A DNA stretch of 64,000 nt from the human T2T-CHM13v2.0 reference genome, Homo sapiens. A program made the position numbers and the translations under genes. The notes beneath the pieces were generated by a model. It was not told where the DNA came from, searched no databases, and saw nothing but the letters and a program-made list of their open reading frames with translations. Where the stretch lies: NCBI RefSeq assembly GCF_009914755.1, contig NC_060941.1; one strand, given 5' to 3'. Shown piece by piece: positions 17,597 through 43,075 of the stretch (positions are counted from its first letter, which is position 1; each line of letters begins with the position of its first letter).

Positions 17597-18263
17597 TAAC
17601 CACACCTCTTATTTTATCCTTTAAGGTCAGAATGCCAATCCACATCTATTATTAATGGCACACAATCATTTGTTCTAATTTCATCCAAAATGTCTACAAT
17701 GTGCTTAGTTTGGCATCTTAAAATAAGAAAATTATGTACATGTACAAATTATAGCGACATACACAGAGAATGCAGTTAAAAACTCTACCTGTGATACATG
17801 AAAGCTTCAGGGGGCTATATATAGTCAACAGTAATTGACTATTACACAAGAACCAAAGAATTGGACCTTGAAAGGAAATATTCTATCTGGAGATTAACAC
17901 AAACTACTTAGTAACAAAAATGAACTATAACAAACATTAAGGATAAGTAGTCTTCTGTGGTAATAAAACTATCATTTTGAAAGGACAAAAAGATTATTTT
18001 AACCCTGCTTAACTATTATGTGTAACTACATTCCAATTTAACAGCAATCAATTAAAGAAAAGGAAAAACTGAAACTCATTAAGATGGGATACATCTAGAC
18101 TTGGGTTACAGTTAAGGCACAACATAATCCCTCCGTAGGACAAAATAAGATACAGATCTAAAATTATTATTTTCTGATTGTATGTGTATAAATAGGGGCA
18201 GGGAATGGTAGAATCACATTCCTATCTCTCTCCCTACTCCCCTAGCAAAAATTAAAACTGTAA

Positions 18264-18692
<429 letters not shown>

Positions 18693-20086
18693 TAGCCAGG
18701 GTGGTCTCGAACTTCTGATCTTGTGATCCACCCGGCTCGGCCTCCCAAAGTGCTGGGATTACAGGTGTGAGCCACCGCGCCTGGCCAAGCCTGGCACTTT
18801 TAAAAAATATTTTTTACAGTACTCTCAGCTTTTTGAAAATTTGTCAGATCCATATACTGGGATCAATTAATAATTCAGGATGAATAAGATAATTATCCAG
18901 ATAAAATCCCATTCAAGATATTACAGTGATTAAACCAAATCTGGGAGTTTAAAGGTGCCAATTGTCCAAGCTTAGTTGTATGGTATGTCCATCAAATCTC
19001 TGCGCAGACACCTATCCAAAGAAAGGCAGGAAAACTCCCTTTCTCCTGAGAGGTCTAAAAAGGGGAGAACTATAATCAATCTAACCTGGAGAAAAAAAAA
19101 AAAAAAAAGATGACGATCGGAAATTCTAGTCACAGAAATCACACTTATCACTCCAATATAATTTCTTATTCCATTAGTTTCAAACAACGAGGAACAGTTA
19201 AATGTTCTTTATTATCTTACGAATTTCTGGATTTCAGAATGGCCTATTTTTTAAAAGTCCAAATACAAGCCTTCTCTTGGTTGACCTACTGCAAAAAAAA
19301 AAATTGATCCAATACAACCAATATTTTTTATTTTAAAGCACAGAAATTTCATATTTTGTAGCAAATAAATTCCTGAAGAATTATGTATATAGTAATAACT
19401 TGATATTCATTTTGTCTACTGCAAAGATAAATCTATATTTAGTCATACGCTGAAAAAAAAAATTGGCCAGGTATAGTGGCTCACGCCTGTAATCCCAGTA
19501 CTTTGGGAGGCCAAAGCAGGAGGATCACTTGAGGGACCAGCCTGGGAAACATAGGGAGACCCTGTGTCTATTATTAAAAAATAAATAAGAAAAAAGAAAG
19601 AAAAGAAAAAGTTAATCCAACTTTTCATGTTAACCACCTATAAGTAACATTTCCTTTTTTCTTCCCCACTGGAAACTCAACCTATCCCTGCACTTTCCCC
19701 TTTTTTTGAGAATACACTTCAGAGTCACAGTAACAACACTACTTTAAAAACAAAGCAAACATACATATTTTAGAATAAAGAAGGCAAAACAACTATTTGC
19801 AAACACCCAAGTTGAAGATACTTCTTTACTGCAGCTTAAGGTTTTACTCAAATACTATACATTTAAAAATGATTTATGATAAAATGTTATTACCCTTAAA
19901 TGTGAGCTCTAGAGTAGTGAGTTTGATCATGACTTCTGAGGGGGAAATAGGGATGTATGATGTACCTATAAAACTAGCTATGAAGCAAGCCAAGCTTCTA
20001 GCAAAGAAATAAATCAGCATATTCCTGGTGCGGAGGGGCTCACATCTGTAATCTCAGCACTTTGGGAGGCCGAGGCAGGTGGATCA

Positions 20087-20386
<300 letters not shown>

Positions 20387-20446
20387 TTACTTAATATTAA
20401 TTACTTCTTTGACTACTAGCAACTTCATTTACTTGATCAAAATTTA

Positions 20447-20722
<276 letters not shown>

Positions 20723-20733
20723 CTAGCTACTCA

Positions 20734-20946
<213 letters not shown>

Positions 20947-21031
20947 TTACATTCTGTCCTCAAAAAAAGGTTACAAAAATCTCAATTCAGATTTTAAATA
21001 TGAAATGTGTTCTTTTTTTTTTTTTTTTTGA

Positions 21032-21217
<186 letters not shown>

Positions 21218-21422
21218 TAGCCAGGATGGTCTCGATCTCCTGACCTTGTGATCTGCCCGCCCTGGCCTCCCGAAGTGCTGGGATTACAGGCGTGAGCCGC
21301 TGCACCTGGCCCCTCGTTTGTGTGATTTAATGTTTTGACTATCCCTGAGAAGCAAAACAAGTGAATAGTATAAAGAAGGCTAAGGAAGGCAATTTGAATT
21401 ATACAAAATCATCATACACATA

Positions 21423-21602
21423 CAAGTTGAGTATCCTTATCTGAAATGTTTGGGACCAGAAGTGTTTTAGATTTTGGAATGTTTCCATTATATTATTGGA
21501 AAAGGAGCATTTCCTTTTTGAACATCATGTCAGTACTGAAAAATTTTGGATCTTGAAGCATTTTGGATCTTAGATTCTCAGATTTGGGATGGTCAACCTC
21601 AG
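21423..21602 (+). mobile_element. Tigger4a/MER46A-like TcMar DNA transposon
   Basis: CAAGTTGAGTATCCTTATCTGAAATGTTTGGGACCAGAAGTG ... GGGATGGTCAACCT terminal inverted repeats, TA flanks. Confidence 0.85.
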
Positions 21603-21787
21603 TAACTGATTCTTTTTTTTTTTTCTTTTCTTTTCTTTTTTTTGAGAGAGTCTTGCTGTCGCCCAGGCTGAAGAGCAGCAGTGGTGCGATCTCAGCTCAC
21701 TGCAACCTCCACCACCTGGGTTCAAGCTATCCTGCCTCAGCCTCCCAAATAGCTGGGATTACAGGCACACGCCACCAGGCCCAGCTA

Positions 21788-21974
<187 letters not shown>

Positions 21975-22049
21975 TAATTTTTGTAGTTTTAGTAGAGATG
22001 GGGTTTCACCATACTGGCCAGGCTGGTCTTGGAACTCCTGACCTCGTGA

Positions 22050-22244
<195 letters not shown>

Positions 22245-22389
22245 TGATCTTTTAACACTGCTCTCTTCTACACACACACACACACACACACACAGACACA
22301 CAGCACAAAATCTAACTTGCCAGTTCTTTTTGAAGAGTGATCACAGCATCTAATTATGCAAATATTTATTGAGAAATGCTCACAGGGCC

Positions 22390-22506
22390 AGACCTAACAG
22401 AACGTAAGTAAAAGTTTTTGCTCTTAAGATATACCCAAGTAGGCAATTAGACCTAATAGAACCTAAGTAAAAGTTTTTGCTCTTAAGATATACCAAGTAG
22501 GCAATT
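22390..22506. repeat. Tandem duplication, ~59-bp unit x2
   Basis: AGACCTAAYAGAACSTAAGTAAAAGTTTTTGCTCTTAAGATATACC(C)AAGTAGGCAATT twice, 3 differences. Confidence 0.95.
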
Positions 22507-22708
22507 TTGTTAAAATTCTGTATTTTAAACCACTACCACCACCCAATCTGAAATTTCTTTACATCAAAACTTATATTTAGCTATGCCACTCAAATGAAAA
22601 GTTAATGTTCAATTTCCTAGAGCAGACTTTCTACATAATACCTCCCTATCACAATGCTTCCTATAGCGAAATGTCCAGTTTTCCACAAGTTCTTAATTCC
22701 AAGTTGAT

Positions 22709-22774
22709 TGAAAAAAAAATACTACTCACCAGCTCAGGGTATGAAAAAAAAATACTACTCACCAGCTCAGGGTA
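22709..22774. repeat. Perfect 33-bp tandem duplication
   Basis: TGAAAAAAAAATACTACTCACCAGCTCAGGGTA x2. Confidence 0.97.
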
Positions 22775-22912
22775 TAGATGCAAAACCAAAGAGTCTGCCC
22801 TCTGTGAGCTTACTCTAGTAAGCAACTTCACTGGGAGGGTGGGTTATCAGTAAGAGCATCAGCAATGAACAAAGGTCGGTGGTATGTGTGTGCTTTAACA
22901 AGGTGTGTTTGA

Positions 22913-23375
22913 GCAGGGGTGAACAAACAATTACTATCCACCATCTGTTTTTGCAAATAAAGTTTTAATGAGGGCCTGTGGTGGTTCACACCTGTAATTG
23001 CAGCACTCTGGGAGGCAGAGGTGGGAGGATCACTTGAGACCAGCCTTAGCAAGATGGTGAGACCCTATGTCTACAAAACATTTAAAAACTAGCTGGGTGT
23101 GCTAACAGCACATGCCTGTAGTCTCAGCTACTCAGGAGGCTGAAGCAAGAGGATTGCTCGAGTCCAAGAATTCAAGGAGGCAATGAGCTATAATCATGCC
23201 ACTGCACTCCAGCCTGGGCAATAAAGTGAGACAACCGTGTCTTAAAAAACAACAAAAAAAGTTTTAATTGAACACAGCCACATCCACTGTATATGTACCA
23301 TCTATGACTGCTTTTGAGCTATAATGCAGAACCAAGTATTGAGTGGTTGCAACAAAGATGCTACGGTTCACAAAG
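22913..23375 (+). mobile_element. MER58A-like hAT element interrupted by an AluJ (22971-23260)
   Basis: CAGGGGT...TGTTTTTGCAAATAAAGTTTT[Alu]AATTGAACACAGCCAC...; Alu TSD AAAGTTTTAAT. Confidence 0.8.
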
Positions 23376-23750
23376 TCACTAAGAATGAGAGATTTAGAGA
23401 AAGAACATTATTCAGGGGACAGAGTAAAAAGCTACATATGAAGTAAAGTTTGTTATTTCATTATATAGGTGAAGGGAAGCCACTGAAGAAATCTAAGGTT
23501 ATTGTACTAAATAGTGATGATTCTTCCAGGTAATGAACAGAACAGATGAAGTGACAATAATATACAGAGAGTCCAATAAATGTTAAGAAGAGATGAAGAC
23601 AGTATGCGAGATAGAAAAGAAAAAAATGGAGATCTTAGAGAAATGGTCCATATCATCTAATGACAAAAAATTGGGTTAATGCTAATTCACTAAGAGCAAG
23701 AAAGAAAAAGCAGGTTTTGGAAGAGAATGAATTCAATTTAATATACATAG

Positions 23751-32336
<8,586 letters not shown>

Positions 32337-33079
32337 TAAGAGAACACAACACAACCAGATACCCTCTCAGGCTCACACAATGATCGCCAGTGCAAAATAC
32401 TTCGGTAAACATTTTCCAGTAATAGTCTCTAGAGGGCAGACGGCACAGAAAACAATACCAAAAAACCCAACTCTCCTGGCAGAGGTTAACTAATGTATAA
32501 CACATGTCTTAAAAAACGAAGCATTTATCTTTTTGCCCTAACATTGCTAAAAACAACCAACTCCTGTATTTACCTTCAAAGAGCAGAGCTGGAGAATAAG
32601 TGAAATCAGGTAAATGTTATCTGTGAGGATTCCTAAACTTCCATTAAGCAATTCTACTACTTCCATTTTTAAGGAAGTAAAATGATATTAAAAGGACATC
32701 TATTTATTATACTCAATGTCTTCCAGCTTGCAGATAAGGAAACGTATGCAGACTAGGAAATTTGCTTAGAAGTCACAAATCACTTTGTTATTCATCCCTG
32801 AGGCAGTATTTCTTCCAGAGAGAATATGGTAATTACCCAATTCCCACAATCTGGTATGGTCCCCTTTCCCTGCAATTGTAAGTCACTGCCTAAATGAGCC
32901 ACTGTTAAAATGGGAATGTGCACTATGTATTAAGTGTGTACATGCATGCATGGAGCATACATTTCTGTTAGAGAAAGGAGGAAGAGGTAGGAAAGATGGG
33001 AAGACTGAAACCCACTGTTCTCAAAAGCAAAAGGATATAAACATCATCGTTAAACCTCATTATTTGCTCTAAGGATTTA

Positions 33080-34352
<1,273 letters not shown>

Positions 34353-34723
34353 GCAAAGACAAAAAAGCCACGGAAGGAGAACATATGTTCAATAAAATTT
34401 TTTTTCAAGCACTCAGTCAAGAGAAAATATAACATCAATACCTTTAAGCAAGTTCTCCTCACTTCTGTTCTTTGAACCAGGTAGGTCAATTATGTTTGTA
34501 TTTTTAAAAATCCTTTTAAGTTGGAAAAGTGAACATTTCTTCTAAATTTTAATCATACTAGTTCCAAGGACCCTGAATTAGTTTGACACCAGCTGCTTAT
34601 CCACATTGTCATTCTCTTAAAATACTCTTAATATGAACAACTAATTCTCTTAAAATTCTCTTAATATAAACAATATACTAAATTGGCCAATAAAAATCTT
34701 TGTATAGGAAACAAATGAGTTAC

Positions 34724-36448
34724 CTTTAGTGTGATATACAATAGCAGCCCTCAGGTCAAAAGAACCCCAGCTATCATTCCTTTCTAGGCCTCTCTGGTAT
34801 CTCTGTTCTTTGGCAGAGCCTAACAAAGTGTTCGTAGGAGAGGCCAGAGGATTTTGACTTTCTATCTCGTAGTCCTTTGAGAGAAACACTAAAGCACCTT
34901 GACTACTGGTGTCTGCTTTCTGCAGGTCACCTATATGACTGGGTTCCAAGGATAAGGCTCCACTCTCACTAGTAGTCCCAGATTTTAGAATGCTACCCAG
35001 AACTTGAGGACTAGTCCGTTTCTCCAGCTCGTAAGCCTTGGGAAACACAGGATGCTCAGTTCCTGAGGGAATTATTTCAGCACCCTGTGAAACCAAAGTA
35101 GCAGGATATTCTCCTTGAAATGTCACCTCCATCACTTTATGCTCTGATGACTTCCCAGTAACAGTCTCAGGGCCAGCACTGGGCTCATTTATAAATGATA
35201 AACCCCACTGATTCTGGAAGATATCCCCCAGGTTTTGCTGATCTGTCTGAGAGGGCAGATCCACTTGTGCTGTGCTCAACAGCATAGTTTGCATATTTGA
35301 AGGATAGATAAAAAGGCTAGTCTTAATTTGTTCAACAGCTGCTGAAGTTAGACTCATGTCCTGGAGAACTGAATCTGTCCCAGAAGAGATGGGTGTTAGA
35401 GTATTAGCAGCAGTAGTTAGCAGTGGCTGACCCCCTGGAGGATAAACATTTCCATCAGTCCCTGCTAAAACAGGCCCATTAGAAAAGTTGGCAGAAGTAA
35501 CAGATTTCAGCGCTGACATAGGGACCTGGGATAAGCGACTTGATGATTGGGTCTGAGTTTCCCCGGTAGATGATGAAGATGATGAAGATGAAGTTGGTGA
35601 CACAGAAGAGTTCTGTATAGTTTTGTTGAGGTTTTCCTTAACTTTGCTTGCATAACTTATTTTAGGAACTATTTTAGCACTGCTATTGTCCACTGGAAAA
35701 ACTGGGGGTGGTTTAAATAGGGTCCACGAGTCCTCTTTGGAGGCAACAGCTGAAGCATGCTTTCCTTTGGGCCGATCATCAAACTTTTTGCTGCTCACAC
35801 CAGGTTTACTATCTGAGCTTTTCCGAAGCATATCACCCACAGCAGGTTTTCCTCGACTTGTTCCTCCAGGCCCAGTTTCATACTTCCAAATGGGCTTCGA
35901 ACCATCTACTCGATTTCCCTTTTGTTCACTATAGTCAGGCTTGAAAGTTTCAAGTCCCTGTTTTAAGGTTGGGACACTGGTCTCTTGTTGCATTATTTTG
36001 TCCTGCACTATATTAAGGTTTTCACAACCCTTGGCACTATTGCGCCTAGCTTTCCTTTTTTTAGGAGTTGTATATCCGCTCTCAGATCCACTACCATCAT
36101 TATCTGCTCCTTTACCCATATAACCATTAGTAATATAACCAGAATTATTTGTTACCACACCATTTGGAATTGGTATAGTATCAGACTTATCTACAGACTG
36201 ATTCTCTCCAGATTTATTTTCATAAGACTTCCCATTCTTTTTGTCCATACTGTTTTTCTGAATGAAATTCTTGGTTTTAATTCCTGCTTTCCCAAAGGTG
36301 TTGGCCTTTACAGTCTGCTTCAGGCTAGTGTCTACAACTTGCTGGTTGCCATTGAGGACCCTGGAAATAGGGTTGGTGGCTTCATCAGAACTCAGGTTCT
36401 TTAAAGATATTTCTCTTTCTCCAGCATTACCGTTTAGTTCACCATAGC
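34724..36448 (-). CDS. NUFIP2: NUFIP2 exon 2 (1725 nt, codons 93-668)
   Basis: ccctag| acceptor, AAG|gtaact donor; open frame GYGELNGNAG...SWTLFKPPPVFPVDN...FDLRAAIVYHTK; contains the 532-aa ORF of the track. Confidence 0.97.
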
Positions 36449-36489
36449 CTAGGGGAGGGGAAAAAAAGGATTAAAAAAAAAAATCACAA

Positions 36490-36710
36490 CATGTAAATTA
36501 CACTAATACCTAACATTTAAGAACTATTTACTGTATGCTAGACACTATGCGATGAGCTGTAGCTTTATATTATTTCACATCTCTATGAGAAGACACCTGT
36601 CAGCCCCATTTTACAGACTAGGAAATGCAACCTACTGCTAAGCAAAGCAAGAGGTAGAACTCAGCGAAGATTCAAACCAAAGTCTGAGGCCAGAGAAGAC
36701 AAGACCTCTT
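36490..36710 (-). mobile_element. MIR SINE
   Basis: CCCCATTTTACAGA..AGGAAA and GATTCAAACC.AAGTCTG core motifs. Confidence 0.65.
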
Positions 36711-36779
36711 AAGCAGTATGCCAAATACCTCTCATCTAACAGAATCAATCTACCCATCACTCTCACAAGGCTGTTATAA

Positions 36780-37075
<296 letters not shown>

Positions 37076-37607
37076 TAAAATTTTCTTTACAATTCAGAGC
37101 AGAGATGCCCTCTGGGCAAAAATCAAGTTTTATTGAAACAGTAATTATTACAAGGAAATTAAAGACTTCATTTCTACAAAACCATAAATAGCTGGTAGTC
37201 ACTATCAGCAGTTTCCAAGGCATCTATCAGACAAATATCTAACACTTGTCAACTTTTTCTAAAGTATTCTTAAATTTCATTTTGACATTTCCCAGATATT
37301 GGATATTGTTAATACGTGAAACCAAAATATCTACGTACCAATGTTTCCAACCTTTATAAAACATACTTTCTTCATTTTACATTTAGATAAAAAGACTTTA
37401 AGAGAGATGAAGTAAATTGCCCAAGTCAAAGTGACAGAACTGGAAATCTGACCGCCAGTCTATCTGCAATCCATGGTTTCCTATCACTATGTAATACTGC
37501 CTTGACTCAAAAGATGCAATGAGAAAATATTTACTAACAAAACAACAATAAAAAGAATCCAATTTTTTAGTGTTATGGTATTCAGGTTTAATTAAAAGTC
37601 TTCAACT

Positions 37608-39424
<1,817 letters not shown>

Positions 39425-42400
39425 GCATAAAGTTCCTAAATAAAGGCTCTTCTCATCATTTTTAACAGATATAACTTTATCTCCTTACCTAACTCTGGAT
39501 AAGACCTACCTGTATCATTTAATATGCTAACAGGTTAAACAAAGGTTTGTATCCTTGGGCCCATTAGTCACAACTTTTCAGATTTCAATTAAAGATGAGC
39601 AATCTGAAATAGCAAAAAATCCAATCTCCAAACTGAGCTGAACCAAAGCTAACAAGAATAATTCTTCCTAAGATTACTAGTATGTAGCGACTCAGATACT
39701 GGAAATCACCAAACAATGAAAAAACGGCTTAGAAGCCACTGTGCTCCCGCCCGCAAGTTTTAATAACAAAAAAAAAAAAAAAAAAGAAAAGAAAATCTTG
39801 TTTAACTACATAAAGTTTTTCTCATGACAACCTTGTGATATGTATGAAGTATGCTGGAAAGAAATTTTCTTTTTAAATAGTAGATATTTAAGAAAAATGT
39901 AAACATTATAGAATAAATTTAAGAAATTAAAGGATTCCTAGCGCTTTATTTAGGGCTGCTTATACTAACCCTACTTCCAAAAGACTCAGCAAAACTTGAG
40001 TCCTGATACATCTAGCTTTTCAATTAGAAACAAATTACTCAACACATTTGGCCTTCTCTTGCGCCCTCTTCTGGATTAAAAAAAACTGTTCCTCTTTAGG
40101 TTTGTGAGCAATGGATTACCAAAGCCTACCTCAACATGTTACAGATAAATTTCAAAAATATTGTAATGTTTTCTTAGTTATTAGCATTATGCATGTCAAA
40201 GCAACAGTACTGTGACCAAATCATACACTCGCCCCAAACTGTTTACATTCTGTCAAAACTGCTAATTCCAGTTTCCTCCTCTTTATCCACCCCTTCCAAG
40301 ACAAGAAATATTTGGAGGAATACCACCTTGAATGGTTCAGGGGTTGCTTCCACATGTAGAGAGAAGTCTGGCAAGAGTATATTAACCTGACCGATGAGAT
40401 ACAATTTTTCAATCTCAACAGTAATATTGCCTTATGCAGCCATAATATGGTAGTATTTTCTCATCTTTTGAACAAGATCTAATGCTAAAAAATCTAGTTA
40501 TATAGTCCCTAACAGTTTTTAAACTGTTCCAAATCTTTAGGATTAAAACACCTAACTCGTGCGTATGTGTTCACTTCTATTGCATACTATCGGGTCCCTA
40601 CGAAGTCCCAAAATGGAAAATCTGACATTCTAATTTCAGTCTTCAAGTTACAATCTGCAATAAAAAAGCACTTAGTATTTCTCCAGCTCTCAACAATTCC
40701 TTCTATCAAATTTGATACGCTGGGTTTAACATACGCTTTCTTACGCTTCATTTCTCTTCGATTTATAAAGAGCCCTTATTTTTTAAAATCTGCGTGGGTT
40801 ATAAACTATTAAACTCACTTCTCGTGAAATACTTTCTTACATGACTTTTACCCTCAATTTCTCGTTTATTAAGATTAGTTTGGGGATCAATATCGATTTT
40901 AAAATACGAAAAACACCTTTCTTTTTAACACGGAGAGAAGCCTCATCCGAGGCAAGATGGTAGTAGTCTAACCTCATGGATGAGCCACTTGGGTTCACCC
41001 TTAAGGACAAGAAAGAGGGGTCAAAAAGCTCGCACTCTTCCCCATCCTAACATTTTTTAAAATCCCTCACCTCAAAGACACTACCCAAGCTCAGAAGGTA
41101 AGTGCTGGGTCGGGAGGGGAATGGAACAAGGTTTTTGGATTTTTTTTTTTTTTTTGTAGAAAATGAGCTGCTAGAAGGAAAAGGCCCAAGTGAAAGCCTC
41201 AGAGGCGGAGTCGTGAGCGAACCTGGCAGGAGACGAGGTTCCTGTGGCAGAGAAACTCGTGACCGGGGAGCTGGGTTCCCGCTGGGTACCCCACCCGGCC
41301 TCAGGCACCGCCTCTACCCGAAATGAATCCCCCCGCCGCCCCCCCAGGCCTCCTGCCTCTAGGAGCGCCGCGGCCGCCGCCCGCGGCCTCCTTCCCTCTC
41401 AGCTCCGCTTCGAGGCCGGCTCCCCGCCCCGACTGCCCGCGCCTCCCGCCGCACCCGGGAGCGGGAAACGCGGCCGCTGGCGCGCGGGGCCCTGCGCAGG
41501 CCGCTCCCCTCGTGGCCGCTTCCCTCCCCCACCCCAACCGCCCCCGCCCCTCACCCCAGGGACCCGCCCGGGGCCGCGCGCCGCCACCGGGTTACACAAC
41601 CCCGGCCGGCGACGGGGGGGGGGGGGCGGCCGCGGTGCGGGGGGCGCCGGCGCCCCCGCAGTGCAGGGGGCGAGGCTGCGGCCGGTGGTGATCCCGGGTC
41701 ACCCGGCTCCGCCGCCCCGTGTGGCCCTCGACACCCTTCCCCCTCCGCTCCTCAGTGGGCCGGAGTCGGTGACAGGAATCGGCTTCCAACATGGCGGACA
41801 GGAAGCGGCCCCGCGAGGAGGAGAGAACATTCCAGCCGCGCCGGCTCTGGGGGGAGCGGGCGCGGGGCGCCGGCCTCGGGAGGAGCCGCGGGACAAGACT
41901 GCGGGGTCCGGCGCCCAAAAAGGGCGTTTAGTGGTGGAAATGACCCGTGAGATGAGGGGTCCCAACAGCCCCCCCCACCGAGACGGGGAGCCCCAAGGCC
42001 ACAGGTGGGCTTGGGGTGGCGGGTGAGGGGCACTTCCTCAACTCACCCTACCTACCCACTCCTCGCCGCCTGCAAAAGGGTCTCGCGACACCATCCGAGT
42101 CGGGATTCGCTAGGCCTTCCTGAGTTACACCTCGAGGGATTTTTTGGGGGGGTAGGTTTACCCCATCTCAGGGCCCCCAAATTGAGGTAACTCCAGGGAC
42201 GCAGGGAGGTGAATGGGAAAAGAATAATGAGGTTGGACTTGCAAGGCCGACCCAGCAGGTCTCCCTTCAGCCGGGGCCGGGGCCAGGAAGGTCACGCTGG
42301 CCTGGCTGGGCCTCTCCCATGCTGGAGGGAAGGAGAGGGCGCTGCAAACCCCATTGCTCAGCCCGAGCTCTAGAATGAAAGGGGCATCCCCAGAGCCGGA

Positions 42401-42516
42401 GGGGACACACACACACACACCCCGACCCCGTCCGCGCTTTTCGGATCCAGCCCCACCCCCATCTCTCCTGTCCTCCACCCCCAACCCCCTTCCCCCACCC
42501 GTCCTCCCTCCCAGAC

Positions 42517-42793
42517 CTGTTTTCTTCTTCGGCGTTTCCTGGTGCTGCTGGAGGGTGTGTTTCTGCTCATGTTTCAGCGGCTTTGGCTGGGCCTTGGGGC
42601 TGCCCTCGGCTCCATGCTGCAGGTATTGGTGAGGCTGCTGGTGATGATGGTGGTGGTGGTGGTTGTGGCTGTGGTTGTAGAAATAATAATGGTGGTGGTG
42701 GTGCGGCTGCTGCTGCTGCTGCTGAGGGTGATGGTGCGGATGGTGGTGGCTGTGATGGTGCTGAGGCTGTGGCTGGCCGGGCTTCTCCTCCAT
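42517..42793 (-). CDS. NUFIP2: NUFIP2 (FMR1-interacting protein 2, 82-FIP) exon 1 coding part; His/Gln-rich N-terminus MEEKPGQPQPQHHHSHHH...
   Basis: ATG at 42793, CAG|gtctgg donor, 277 nt, phase 1 matches exon 2. Confidence 0.96.
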
Positions 42794-42924
42794 TGAAAGC
42801 GGCTGGGACTCCCTGGCTGAGGCTGCGGGCTGCTGCACCGTCAGGATCTGAGACTGCTTCTCAGGGCTCACTCAGTATATCTGAGCGCGTCTCGCCAGCG
42901 CACTGGTTAACCGAGCGATTCTGC

Positions 42925-43075
42925 GAGATTGGCAGCCGCACTCCAACAATCAGGAGCCACGCTGTGCCGCAAGCCCCGCCCCCAGCTCAAATCCTCTTTC
43001 CTTCCCCTTCGCCGCTGCCGCCTGGCCAACGCCACTTACCCTGTGCAACCTCACAGGGCCGGGCCTTCAACGTCA
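42925..43075 (-). promoter_or_regulatory. NUFIP2: NUFIP2 proximal promoter: CCAAT box (42928-42932), GC box (42973-42982), CRE half-site (43069-43075)
   Basis: ATTGG, GCCCCGCCCC and CGTCA seen on +; TSS inferred near 42880. Confidence 0.65.

Noticed and set aside
34650-36248. 532-aa ORF as a stand-alone gene
   Set aside because: It is NUFIP2 exon 2 from Met160, running past the donor at 34724 into the intron
41244-42033. Overlapping Pro/Gly/Arg-rich ORFs up to 260 aa on both strands
   Set aside because: Expected from stop-codon scarcity in a very GC-rich CpG island; no recognisable domain
42081-42090. BANP-like motif TCTCGCGACA
   Set aside because: One mismatch to TCTCGCGAGA and ~800 bp from the TSS; not supportable without ChIP data
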